Assembly: GCA_964471855.1 (NCBI GenBank)
Contig: CAYYHY010000001.1
Span: forward strand, 7,783-44,707
Direction of reading: 5' to 3'
DNA length: 36,925 nt
From: an uncultured Oscillospiraceae bacterium
GTDB lineage: Bacteria; Bacillota; Clostridia; Oscillospirales; Oscillospiraceae
Position numbers and translations under genes: made by a program. Shown piece after piece: positions 36,907-36,925 of this stretch (within the stretch, counting starts at the first letter, position 1; each line of letters opens with the position of its first letter). A model generated the notes under the pieces. It worked only from the letters and a program-made list of their open reading frames with translations, had not been told where the DNA came from and ran no database searches.

Positions 36907-36925
36907 TGGGACCCGCTCACCTCCT

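Noticed and set aside
1-36925. CRISPR arrays, IS/integrase genes, tRNA/rRNA
   Set aside because: No regularly spaced repeats, transposase or recombinase motifs, or RNA-gene signatures were seen by eye.

Overview
This is a GC-rich, gene-dense chromosomal window from a Firmicute. Gene content (ylxM, ymfF/ymfH, split sdaAA/sdaAB, DUF3842, DUF3783, GerMN) and sigma-A-type promoters suggest Clostridia, possibly Oscillospiraceae-like; that placement is an inference. In order it holds: a BMP-type nucleoside ABC transporter with deoB; a LysR gene divergent from a serine uptake/deamination operon; a YibE/F gene; a DUF3842-MATE-old yellow enzyme operon; rubrerythrin with a perfect Fur/PerR-type operator; a long minus-strand operon (nrdR, DUF3783, recQ, esterase, stand-alone NRPS-type adenylation enzyme, GNAT, TtcA-like); orphan purF; gltX; ylxM-ffh-(small membrane gene)-rpsP-khpA; an unknown acidic protein behind a ~700 bp regulatory region; ymfF-ymfH-lgt-folD; rpe-rpiB; and a histidine kinase with a GerMN lipoprotein. 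I saw no mobile element, CRISPR array, tRNA or rRNA. The best candidate for an undescribed system is the carrier-less adenylation enzyme (predicted Lys/basic amino acid) tightly coupled to a hydrolase, a GNAT and a TtcA-like PP-loop ATPase. All family calls come from motif recognition by eye, not database searches.
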